This document shows positions 47,292-55,756 of a DNA stretch of 64,000 nucleotides, piece by piece. A program made the translations under genes and the position numbers. The first letter of the stretch is position 1; each line of letters begins with the position of its first letter. Origin of the DNA: Candidatus Saccharimonadota bacterium (lineage in GTDB: Bacteria; Patescibacteriota; Saccharimonadia; Saccharimonadales; AWTP1-31). The stretch covers positions 9,578 through 73,577 of the forward strand of contig RXKC01000009.1 in the NCBI GenBank assembly GCA_003962975.1, read 5' to 3'. Under the pieces are notes generated by a model that saw only the letters and a list, made by a program, of their open reading frames with translations, searched no databases and had not been told where the DNA came from.

Positions 47292-49457
47292 ATGAATCCA
47301 AATAACAATCAAACGGCCAACTCAAACGGCCAACAGGGCAATCGCCCTAAACCAAATAACCGTTCTGGTAATAAACCAGGCGGCAACGGACGTCCTAATA
47401 ATCGTGGGCGTGGACCAAAGCCAGCTGCTAACAATGCAGCACCAGCACCTACGGTCGGCCGCAGCGTATCACGTGGTGCGGCACTTCGAGCGCAAAAGCG
47501 CAACCAAGAAGATGCTATGCGCATCGCTAGCCAGCACCTAGACGCCAGCAGCAAGAACCAAAAAGTTCAACGAGCTAACTTCATCGATGACACACCTCGT
47601 CTAAAAATTGTTGGCTTGGGTGGCATGGACGGTGGTGGTTCTAAAAACACCATCCTCGTTGAATATATGAATGATGCGGTCATTATGGACTGTGGTAACG
47701 ACCTGGGTGTTGACCTGCCGGGTATTAACTACGGTATTGTCGATACTGCATACCTCGAAACCATTAAGCACAAGATTCGTGCCTATATCATCACCCATGG
47801 TCACCTCGACCACATCGGTGGTTTGCCGCATATTGTGCCTAAGTTTCCAGCACCAATTTACGGTAGTAAATTCACTATTGGTCGTGTTGAAGAAATTTTC
47901 CAGAACTTTGGCTTGCCAATGCCAGATGGCTTTGAGCTAAAGACAGTCATGATGAACGAAGACACTCATGAGCGTCTCAAGATCGGTAGCTTCTTTGTAG
48001 AGTTGGTGCGTGTTACGCACTCTATTCCAGGCAGCACCTGTATTGTGCTCGACTCACCGGTAGGGCGTCTCATCAACACTGGTGACTTCCGTTTTGACCC
48101 TAATCCACTTGACCACGAAAAGACGGACATGGATCGCCTGAAGCAGCTTGGTGACGAAGGTGTGCTCGCGCTACTTAGTGAGAGTACCACTACTGACCGC
48201 CCAGGTTGGACCCCGAGCGAAAGCACCATTGAACAAACAATTGTAGACATCATGGACAATGCGCCTGGACGTATCTTTGTCGGACTTTTCAGTACCAACA
48301 TGAACCGCGTACAGATGATCATTAACGCAGCCGTTCACCATGGCAAAAAAGTTGCTATCGACGGTCGCAGTATGGTGAGTACGCTTGAAATGGCTGTGCG
48401 CCACGGCTTTGTGCGCATTCCAAAGGGAACCTTTGTGCCAATCGCTTCTGCCTCAACTATGAACGACAAAGACCTTGTGGTGGTCTGTACCGGTTCGCAG
48501 GGTGAGCCTAGCTCAGCGCTGCAGCGCATGAGTACTGGCGATCACCGACACGTAAAGCTTAAAGAGCAAGACACTGTCATTTTCTCTAGCTCTCCAATCC
48601 CATATACCGGTAACGATGCCAAGATTCGTTCTATGGTAGACGACTTCATGAAGAAGGGTATTCACATCTTCCAGCATATTACTCGTGACGTAGATGAGCA
48701 CGGCCCGCTGCACGTTTCTGGTCATGCCAGCATCGATGAGTATGCCGAAATGATTAATATGACCAAGCCTAAGTTCTTTGTGCCGATCTACGGTGACTAC
48801 ACCGCTAAAAAGCGACACATCGACGTGGCTATCAATAATGGCATTCCACGCAAGAACACCATAAACGCCGATAACGGTGAAGTAATTGCGTTCACAAAAG
48901 ACACCATGGAGCCGGGTGGTACTGTGCCACACGGAACAGTACTGGTCGACCAAACCGGAGCTATTGTCAGCAACGTTGTGGTCAAAGACCGACTAATGCT
49001 CGCCGAAGAAGGCTTGGTAGCGGTTGTCCTCACTGTCGATAAACGCACCGGTGGTCTTGCCACTAGTCCGGATATTATCAGCCGTGGCTTTATCTACATG
49101 CGAGATAATGAAGAGCTGATGAATGCCTTTCGTGCCGAGCTTCGTCGAGCTGTCTCTCAGCGCTTCAAGCGTGTCGACCTAGATCGTTTCAAACAAGAGA
49201 TCCGCGAGCATGTCACGCACTTCCTATTCGAGCATACCCAGCGCAGCCCAATTGTTATTCCAGTAGTGAATGTTATTGGCGGTAAATCTGGTGATAAGAA
49301 CGGATCTAACGGCAATTCGAATGGTCACGGGGCAAAGAACGATAAGCAGTCAGAACAACCAGTGCAGCTTACGCCAGAACAAGAAGCTGAAGAGCTACAA
49401 AAGCGTTTCCAGCAAATGCGTGCCAAGCTGCTTAACCAGGATGCCCGAACTGACTAA
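47292..49457 (+). CDS. rnj: Ribonuclease J
   Basis: Metallo-beta-lactamase motif ITHGHLDHIGGLP, a beta-CASP region and HVSGHAS. There are N-terminal (about 75 aa, N/G/R/P-rich) and C-terminal low-complexity extensions. Confidence 0.92.
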   Translation: MNPNNNQTANSNGQQGNRPKPNNRSGNKPGGNGRPNNRGRGPKPAANNAAPAPTVGRSVSRGAALRAQKRNQEDAMRIASQHLDASSKNQKVQRANFIDDTPRLKIVGLGGMDGGGSKNTILVEYMNDAVIMDCGNDLGVDLPGINYGIVDTAYLETIKHKIRAYIITHGHLDHIGGLPHIVPKFPAPIYGSKFTIGRVEEIFQNFGLPMPDGFELKTVMMNEDTHERLKIGSFFVELVRVTHSIPGSTCIVLDSPVGRLINTGDFRFDPNPLDHEKTDMDRLKQLGDEGVLALLSESTTTDRPGWTPSESTIEQTIVDIMDNAPGRIFVGLFSTNMNRVQMIINAAVHHGKKVAIDGRSMVSTLEMAVRHGFVRIPKGTFVPIASASTMNDKDLVVVCTGSQGEPSSALQRMSTGDHRHVKLKEQDTVIFSSSPIPYTGNDAKIRSMVDDFMKKGIHIFQHITRDVDEHGPLHVSGHASIDEYAEMINMTKPKFFVPIYGDYTAKKRHIDVAINNGIPRKNTINADNGEVIAFTKDTMEPGGTVPHGTVLVDQTGAIVSNVVVKDRLMLAEEGLVAVVLTVDKRTGGLATSPDIISRGFIYMRDNEELMNAFRAELRRAVSQRFKRVDLDRFKQEIREHVTHFLFEHTQRSPIVIPVVNVIGGKSGDKNGSNGNSNGHGAKNDKQSEQPVQLTPEQEAEELQKRFQQMRAKLLNQDARTD

Positions 49458-49496
49458 GATAGCATTATTTAATAATTCATTGTATAATATCGCTCT

Positions 49497-50081
49497 ATGC
49501 CATCATCTAGGCCACATAATAACACCGGTAGCTTAGATAGACTTGCTGCCACGCACGAGATTTACCCCATTAACGACGCCATTGAAGCGTTGGTTGCCGA
49601 ACAGAGGCCACTGCTCAGTTTTTCACCAATGAGAGTGTGGGCCGTCCAGGGTGTAGAAACTGGCACGCTGTATAGTTTTCGTACGTGGAAGCAGCACGAT
49701 GAGGACGGTGGGGAGCCTTATGAAATGGGCGAGCTAGCCTTTTGGGGTCCATTTCAGAAAGTAGAAGGTACAGATAACACAATAAGGCGCCGCGTGGCTT
49801 GGGAAATAATCACTGGCACAGCGGCGGCTGAATTTTCGGGGCCACCTGAACTAGTGCGTGATGAGTACTTCATCTATGACAGCGAAGGTTATGAGTTGCC
49901 GCAGCCTGACTTATTGGGTACTTTCGAGCAGCCCGACAGCGAAGCATTACCAGGTATAGACGTGTCAGAAAGTTTGGCAGTTATCACTGGGTATCAAAAA
50001 GCCAAACTCGAGCATGTGAAGCTGATGCGCTCTGGGCTCGTCCTGGCTCATGACAGACCGCTCGTCTACAGCCAGAATTGA
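49497..50081 (+). CDS. Hypothetical protein (194 aa)
   Basis: ORF with TATAAT (49483-49488) 8 nt upstream of the ATG, a leaderless geometry. No recognised motifs. Confidence 0.5.
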   Translation: MPSSRPHNNTGSLDRLAATHEIYPINDAIEALVAEQRPLLSFSPMRVWAVQGVETGTLYSFRTWKQHDEDGGEPYEMGELAFWGPFQKVEGTDNTIRRRVAWEIITGTAAAEFSGPPELVRDEYFIYDSEGYELPQPDLLGTFEQPDSEALPGIDVSESLAVITGYQKAKLEHVKLMRSGLVLAHDRPLVYSQN

Positions 50082-50106
50082 CAATCGTTGTATTTTTTGC
50101 TATAAT
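50078..50106 (+). promoter_or_regulatory. Perfect consensus promoter (TTGACA, 17-nt spacer, TGC-TATAAT) driving a leaderless ORF
   Basis: TTGACA at 50078-50083, a 17-nt spacer, then TATAAT at 50101-50106 preceded by TGc. The ATG at 50113 follows after 6 nt. Confidence 0.65.
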
Positions 50107-50112
50107 ACTGTT

Positions 50113-50421
50113 ATGGAATCAGCCTTTTCTCACGACCCGACAGACGCAGATGAACCTCGACGGATAGGCGATATCTTACGTGTGACAACTGACATAACTG
50201 GAGCGGTTGACAAGGGTAGGGCAGCAGACGTAGCTGCACGAGATGCGGCCAGCGAACTAGCCGGCTTGCATGAACAAGTTGCTGAAGTTGCAGATGCCGA
50301 TCGTGCTGGTGTTGACCTTGACCCAGGAGCAGTCGACGAATTAAAAGAAGCGTATTTAGAGGCACTGTCAGAGACCCAGGTAGAAGGGTATAATCCTAGT
50401 CCACCACGGGCGAGTGAATGA
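50113..50421 (+). CDS. Hypothetical acidic protein (102 aa), probably leaderless
   Basis: I trimmed the track ORF (50050) to the ATG at 50113 to fit the promoter. Asp/Ala/Glu-rich, with no family recognised. Confidence 0.45.
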   Translation: MESAFSHDPTDADEPRRIGDILRVTTDITGAVDKGRAADVAARDAASELAGLHEQVAEVADADRAGVDLDPGAVDELKEAYLEALSETQVEGYNPSPPRASE

Positions 50422-50435
50422 TATAATAAAAGCTA

Positions 50436-52640
50436 ATGGCAAAAAAGAAAAAACAAACCAGAAAGAAAAAAGTAGAAGTAGTCCAAGAGAAGTCGCCATT
50501 TTGGCCACTGACCGGGGCAATTATTATGATCGTCGTGGCATTGTTCACGCTCCTTGGTAGTTTTAATACCGGCGGACCATTGCCAACTGGCTTATACGAC
50601 GCTGCCGCCTGGACGTTCGGTTGGGCAGCCATTTTAACTCCTTTTGCGCTGGTATACTTTGGTGTCCTGAAGTTCACGAGCGAGGATCATCAGATCCCAT
50701 TAGGAAAGTTAGTTAGTATGCTGCTAGGGCTTACCCTTACTGCTAGCTTGCTGCATGTACTCTTTGTAGAGAGAGACTCCTTGGGCACAGCTACTGGTGG
50801 CAATGGTGGGGCAGTCGGAGAACTTATTGGGGGCATTGTGTTGGGCGCTGTTGATGTAGTCCCAGCCGCCATTATGTTTATTGTCTTTGGCGTTCTATCG
50901 TTCTTTTTTGCGTTTGGTGTCTCACCACTTGCTCTTCTTAAATTAGCTAATATCTTCCAGGGCAAGGAGGCAGAAGGCGACACTGATCTAGGCGAGCTGA
51001 AGCGCCGCGCTAGCGAGAACTTCAAGCTTAATGAGGGTGTTCCAGTCGAGCATCATAATGGTGCTTCAGCTGCACGGGTTAGTTCACTGCGCAACACCGC
51101 TCAAAAGCTAGCTCCGAGCGAAGACCATAGTGCTTTGACCGTTGCGAGTGATCCGAATTGGCAGTTGCCATCCACTGCGCTACTCAGTCACAAGCAGGAC
51201 AAAGCTGACGCGGGTGATGTCGAAGGTAATGCTCGCATGATCCAAGAAACATTCGAGACATTTGGCATTAATGTCGAGATGGAAGGGGCAAACATTGGCC
51301 CAAGTGTCACTCAGTACACGCTTAAGCCACCAGCCGGCACAAAGCTAACAAAGATTACAGCATTAGAAAACAACATTTCACTCGATCTTGCTGCTACCAG
51401 TATTCGTATCGAAGCACCAATCCCAGGTAAGAAGCTGGTTGGTATTGAGGTGCCAAACATCAAGCCGGCTACTGTGCGTATGAGTGGCATTCTAGAGTCG
51501 AAGGAATGGACAGAAGAAAAAGCCAGCCCACTGGCATTTGCTATTGGTCGCGACATAGCCGGTAAGCCCATTATTAATGACTTGGCGCGCATGCCTCACC
51601 TGTTGGTTGCTGGTCAAACAGGCTCAGGTAAGTCAGTCATGATTAACACCATTCTCACGAGCTTGCTCTACAAGAATAGTCCCGCTGACCTTAAGTTAAT
51701 CCTGGTTGATCCAAAGCAAGTTGAGCTAAAGCCATATGACGATATTCCTCATTTGCTCACCCCAGTTATTACCGAGCCAGAAAAGTGTATTAGCGCACTT
51801 AAATGGACGGTAGCTGAAATGGAGCGACGCTATAAAACTCTCAGTGAAGAGCGCGTACGCAACATTGTTGAGTACAACAATAAAAAGCAAGAAGAAGGCA
51901 TGCCATATATCGTGGTCGTGATTGATGAGCTTGCCGATCTAATGATGATGGCCGCCCGCGATGTTGAGTCACTTATTGTGCGCATTGCTCAGAAAGCACG
52001 TGCTGTTGGTATTCACCTCGTGCTGGCAACACAGCGCCCAAGCGTCGATGTTATTACTGGTCTTATTAAGGCCAACGTACCAGCTCGTATTGCATTTACG
52101 ACCGCCAGCCAGATTGACTCTCGAACCATTATCGACCAGATGGGTGCAGAGAAACTACTTGGTAAGGGTGATATGTTGCTGCTTACTGCCAGCATGCCAA
52201 AGCCGGTTCGTGTACAGGGTGCCTTTATTGACGATGGTGAAACTAATAAGGTGACTGACTTTATTCGGGAACAGCGACCACCAAACTACGACAATGAAGT
52301 TGTGAGCCAGCCAGTGCAGTTGAACGGTCGAGGCGGTGTAGTAGCTGACGTAGATGCCGCTGACGAACCAATCTTCCGTCAAGCAGTAGAAGTAGTTATT
52401 GATGCCGGCAAAGCCAGTACCAGCTTACTACAGCGCAAGTTACGAATCGGTTACGGTAAGGCTGCACGTATGATTGAAAGCATGGAAGAACAGGGCATTG
52501 TCAGTCACGCTGATGGCTCCCGTCCACGAGAAGTTCTGGTACGCAGTATAGACGATGTATTTGGTGGTGGCGCAGCCGCTGCTGACGCCGATCAAGGTGA
52601 TGTCTACGATGACATTCCTGATGACAATAAGATTGCTTAG
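50436..52640 (+). CDS. ftsK: DNA translocase FtsK
   Basis: N-terminal TM helices, the motor domain with Walker A AGQTGSGKS and VVVIDELADLMM, and a C-terminal gamma winged helix (LLQRKLRIGYGKAARMIESMEEQGIV). Confidence 0.95.
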   Translation: MAKKKKQTRKKKVEVVQEKSPFWPLTGAIIMIVVALFTLLGSFNTGGPLPTGLYDAAAWTFGWAAILTPFALVYFGVLKFTSEDHQIPLGKLVSMLLGLTLTASLLHVLFVERDSLGTATGGNGGAVGELIGGIVLGAVDVVPAAIMFIVFGVLSFFFAFGVSPLALLKLANIFQGKEAEGDTDLGELKRRASENFKLNEGVPVEHHNGASAARVSSLRNTAQKLAPSEDHSALTVASDPNWQLPSTALLSHKQDKADAGDVEGNARMIQETFETFGINVEMEGANIGPSVTQYTLKPPAGTKLTKITALENNISLDLAATSIRIEAPIPGKKLVGIEVPNIKPATVRMSGILESKEWTEEKASPLAFAIGRDIAGKPIINDLARMPHLLVAGQTGSGKSVMINTILTSLLYKNSPADLKLILVDPKQVELKPYDDIPHLLTPVITEPEKCISALKWTVAEMERRYKTLSEERVRNIVEYNNKKQEEGMPYIVVVIDELADLMMMAARDVESLIVRIAQKARAVGIHLVLATQRPSVDVITGLIKANVPARIAFTTASQIDSRTIIDQMGAEKLLGKGDMLLLTASMPKPVRVQGAFIDDGETNKVTDFIREQRPPNYDNEVVSQPVQLNGRGGVVADVDAADEPIFRQAVEVVIDAGKASTSLLQRKLRIGYGKAARMIESMEEQGIVSHADGSRPREVLVRSIDDVFGGGAAAADADQGDVYDDIPDDNKIA

Positions 52641-52670
52641 CGCCCCTAATAGAGTTTTTGTGCTACCCTA

Positions 52671-53723
52671 GTGACGATGACTGTAGGAGTTGACGTACCC
52701 CAAACTGGTTTCGACGCGCTTTCGATTCAGCCTCAAGAGATGACACTGGGTTTGCAGCCAGAAGAGCAAGAGGCCTTCAGGCGCTATATTCTCATGCATA
52801 AAGTATTTGTTGGCGAGAGCGGCGCTCATCACTTACTTGGGCTTCACCCACAGCTTAGCGGTGGTGATGTACCAACATATTTGGTTGCCGGGGGGTGGGC
52901 GGCTGCCGAGGCGGCAGTTATATTGGGCGGCAATGATAAAGAGACTGGCGAACAGTTGCTAGGCATTGCTCAGGATGCCTGGTTACGGGCAATAGCACAC
53001 CAGAAGTGGATTAACATCCAAGAACGCCATCCGCTCGAAGACGCTGCGCTAGCGTACCGGACGGCAAACGACATAGCTTTCTTGCCAGTTTTTAGCGAAA
53101 TTATTCGTGGTGGGGTACAAAACCGTACGCTAGCTGCGGTGTTTGCTGATGTCCTTAATATTGCTCAGATGGCTGATGTGAATACCCAGCTGGCATTTAA
53201 GGAGGGCGACGTCAGAGTTGCGGGTGACCTACGTGGTTTTAGTTATGAGACTAATGGTTTGTTGGCCTACAATCGAAGACGCTCCGGTAAATGGATCGCA
53301 ATTCCGGCTCTTTCTCGTGCTGATAACGGTATCTATCACCCTGAGCAAACTCATGACCTGGTTGTAATTCGACAGCACCAAGGGGAGATTGTGAACGCCG
53401 TCCCTATAGAGGTGAAAGCAACAGCTACCAAACAGCAGAGACGTCGTTATCTCTCATTGCTTATACGATCAAAGCTGCACCTATCGTTGCCGGGCAGGCA
53501 CGAGCCCGGACAGGTGCTCGAAGCTATCACGGCAGATTATGAAGGTACCGCTACGAAAGAACAGCGAGCCATCGTCACAAAGGCATCAGAAACCATTTAT
53601 GACATGGTGGGAGATTATTTAAAGGGCCAGCCTCGACACGATGTAGCCAGCCCCCGCAGTGTAGTTCGTTTTCGCGACAAGCACTTAGTCACTCGCCGGT
53701 ATCCAGGATTACATACCGAATAG
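52671..53723 (+). CDS. Hypothetical protein (350 aa) with a possible PD-(D/E)xK nuclease-like motif in the C-terminal half
   Basis: GTG start (an ATG at 52677 is an alternative). THDLVVI-x13-PIEVKATATKQQ matches the D...(D/E)xK spacing. There is no other support. Confidence 0.5.
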   Translation: MTMTVGVDVPQTGFDALSIQPQEMTLGLQPEEQEAFRRYILMHKVFVGESGAHHLLGLHPQLSGGDVPTYLVAGGWAAAEAAVILGGNDKETGEQLLGIAQDAWLRAIAHQKWINIQERHPLEDAALAYRTANDIAFLPVFSEIIRGGVQNRTLAAVFADVLNIAQMADVNTQLAFKEGDVRVAGDLRGFSYETNGLLAYNRRRSGKWIAIPALSRADNGIYHPEQTHDLVVIRQHQGEIVNAVPIEVKATATKQQRRRYLSLLIRSKLHLSLPGRHEPGQVLEAITADYEGTATKEQRAIVTKASETIYDMVGDYLKGQPRHDVASPRSVVRFRDKHLVTRRYPGLHTE

Positions 53724-53741
53724 AGACCGCAGGTGATGTAG

Positions 53742-53770
53742 TTGCAATATAGGGGTGGATAGGCTATAAT
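53742..53770 (+). promoter_or_regulatory. rpsF operon promoter (TTGCAA, 17-nt spacer, TATAAT)
   Basis: TTGCAA at 53742-53747, a 17-nt spacer, then TATAAT at 53765-53770. Confidence 0.6.
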
Positions 53771-53840
53771 TACCCCTGTTACTAACTTTTGGCTTACATC
53801 CCCTTGTGAATGTAGGCTCTAACCAGAGAAAGGGAAGCAG

Positions 53841-54221
53841 ATGAACCAGTACGAAATTGCTGTATTGTATCACCCCGACCTAGAGGTCGATCTAAGCAAG
53901 GCAGAAGCCAAGGTGCAAAAGATCGTTACCGACAACGGCGGCACAGTGACTGCAACAGACAACTGGGGCAAGCGCAAGCTGGCCTACCCAGTTGCTAAGC
54001 AAGAATATGCTGTCTACGTATTCTATACAGTGGACATGCCAGGGGCCGGTGTTGCAAAGGTAGAATCTCTACTTAACATCACTGACGAAGTCATCCGTTT
54101 TCTGATCACACGCCCAGACCTTAAGGCTATTGCAAAAGCAGAAGCTGCTAAGGCTGAAAAGGCTGCTAAAGCAGCTGAACGTGGTGATCGTGAAGACGAC
54201 GACGAAAAAGACGAGGACTAA
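53841..54221 (+). CDS. rpsF: 30S ribosomal protein S6
   Basis: MNQYEIAVLYHPDL...WGKRKLAYP is canonical S6. It has an acidic C-terminal tail. SD is AAAGGGAAG. Confidence 0.95.
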   Translation: MNQYEIAVLYHPDLEVDLSKAEAKVQKIVTDNGGTVTATDNWGKRKLAYPVAKQEYAVYVFYTVDMPGAGVAKVESLLNITDEVIRFLITRPDLKAIAKAEAAKAEKAAKAAERGDREDDDEKDED

Positions 54222-54326
54222 AACGACGATTTGAACTGCTGCTGCTTGACACACTATGTCGCGCGGCAGTACGGTGGGAGTACATAAACTAATCGGACAT
54301 AGTTTCCGAACAAGGAGGGATGCCAC

Positions 54327-54800
54327 ATGGCACGTAGTTTTAACCAAGTAATACTTATGGGGAACCTAACTCGAGACCCTGAGCTAAGGCAAATTCCAAG
54401 CGGTCAAAGTGTTTGTAGCTTTAGTCTTGCACTTAACCGCAGCTACAAGGGCGGAGATGGTGAATGGCAAGAGGCTACCGACTACATTGATGTTGTCGCC
54501 TGGGGTCCACTCGGTGAACGAGTTGCCCAGTATGTCACCAAGGGTCGACCAGTTTTAGTTAACGGTCGCCTGCAAAGCCGCTCTTGGGAACAAGACGGTC
54601 AGAAGCGCAGCAAGGTAGAGGTCAACGCGCAAGACGTAACGTTCCTTGGTGGACGCGGTGAAGGTGAAGGTGGTGGAAATGGTGGATACTCAGCTGCACC
54701 AGCAACTGGCCCAGCCCCAAAGAAATCAAGCAAGAAAGATGATGTGGCTGTAGAAGATCTAGGTGATGAGCCTATCAATCTTGACGACATCCCATTTTAA
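54327..54800 (+). CDS. ssb: Single-stranded DNA-binding protein
   Basis: OB fold NQVILMGNLTRDPELR, a Gly-rich linker and the acidic C-terminal tip DDIPF. SD is AAGGAGGG. Confidence 0.95.
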   Translation: MARSFNQVILMGNLTRDPELRQIPSGQSVCSFSLALNRSYKGGDGEWQEATDYIDVVAWGPLGERVAQYVTKGRPVLVNGRLQSRSWEQDGQKRSKVEVNAQDVTFLGGRGEGEGGGNGGYSAAPATGPAPKKSSKKDDVAVEDLGDEPINLDDIPF

Positions 54801-54812
54801 TAAGGAATAACA

Positions 54813-55016
54813 ATGGCAAAGATATTTAAGAATCGAACCGATGTAGCCTTTTTTGACTACAAGGACTTCAAGACATTGCAACGATACGTAAACGTATACG
54901 GGCAAATCGAAACTCGCAAAAAGACTGGCCTCACAGAGAGCCAACAACGACACCTAAGTGTTGCTATCAAGCGAGCTCGCCACATTGCATTGCTACCATT
55001 CGTAGCAAACAACTAA
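54813..55016 (+). CDS. rpsR: 30S ribosomal protein S18
   Basis: FDYKDFKTLQRYVNVYGQIETRKKTGL...AIKRARHIALLPF is canonical S18. Confidence 0.95.
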   Translation: MAKIFKNRTDVAFFDYKDFKTLQRYVNVYGQIETRKKTGLTESQQRHLSVAIKRARHIALLPFVANN

Positions 55017-55039
55017 GTTTCTAGAACGGGCAGCGTGTT

Positions 55040-55456
55040 GTGATACACATGAACATAGCCATGGGTTTACTGCAGCAAGATGATGTATATTTGCTGCAGT
55101 TGCGAAATGGTAAAAAGCAGGCCGGTGGGCTTAATCTTATCGGTTGTTTTGGGGGCAAGATCGAACCTGGAGAGACAGCTCTGCAAGCTGCCTGTCGTGA
55201 AGTCACCGAAGAGTCAAGTTATGCGCCTACTACCCAACAAGCAGAGTTACTAGGTGAAGTAAATGTTAACTCAGACTGGAAAGACCAGACGATCACGGTA
55301 CATGCTACGGTGTACTTATTTCAAGTACCACCACAAACTAAAGTGACGGCGCATGAAGGCGAGCTTGTTACAATGTCTTTAGGCGAAATTCGCCGCAGTC
55401 TAGACAAATTTACACCGGGCACCAGAGCGTGCTTTGAGCAATTAGTGAAGGAGTAG
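55040..55456 (+). CDS. NUDIX hydrolase (MutT-like)
   Basis: Nudix box GGKIEPGETALQAACREVTEES. The start is uncertain: GTG at 55040, or ATG at 55049 or 55061. Confidence 0.8.
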   Translation: MIHMNIAMGLLQQDDVYLLQLRNGKKQAGGLNLIGCFGGKIEPGETALQAACREVTEESSYAPTTQQAELLGEVNVNSDWKDQTITVHATVYLFQVPPQTKVTAHEGELVTMSLGEIRRSLDKFTPGTRACFEQLVKE

Positions 55457-55461
55457 TCAAT

Positions 55462-55746
55462 ATGGATGACGTACGAAAAGCAGCTGAACACATACAGAAT
55501 AAGCTCCGAAGTGGGTATCTTGACGAGCCAGGACACCAGATTGCAAAGGCTCTGGTTGCAGAAGTTGAAAAGCTCTTATCAGAGATAAAGCAACAAAAAC
55601 ACCCCTTAAGTCTCGAGAATCGTGTAAAACAAATTATTAAGCATCTCGAATCACTAGTCGACGATATTGTTATGGATTTTCGTCACCGTGACGAGTTACT
55701 GCAACATTCAAACCGCATGCGCGACATGCTTCGCCAACTAGGATAA
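55462..55746 (+). CDS. Hypothetical helical protein (94 aa)
   Basis: ORF tightly packed between the NUDIX gene and efp. No family recognised. Confidence 0.5.
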   Translation: MDDVRKAAEHIQNKLRSGYLDEPGHQIAKALVAEVEKLLSEIKQQKHPLSLENRVKQIIKHLESLVDDIVMDFRHRDELLQHSNRMRDMLRQLG

Positions 55747-55756
55747 AGGAGTATTC

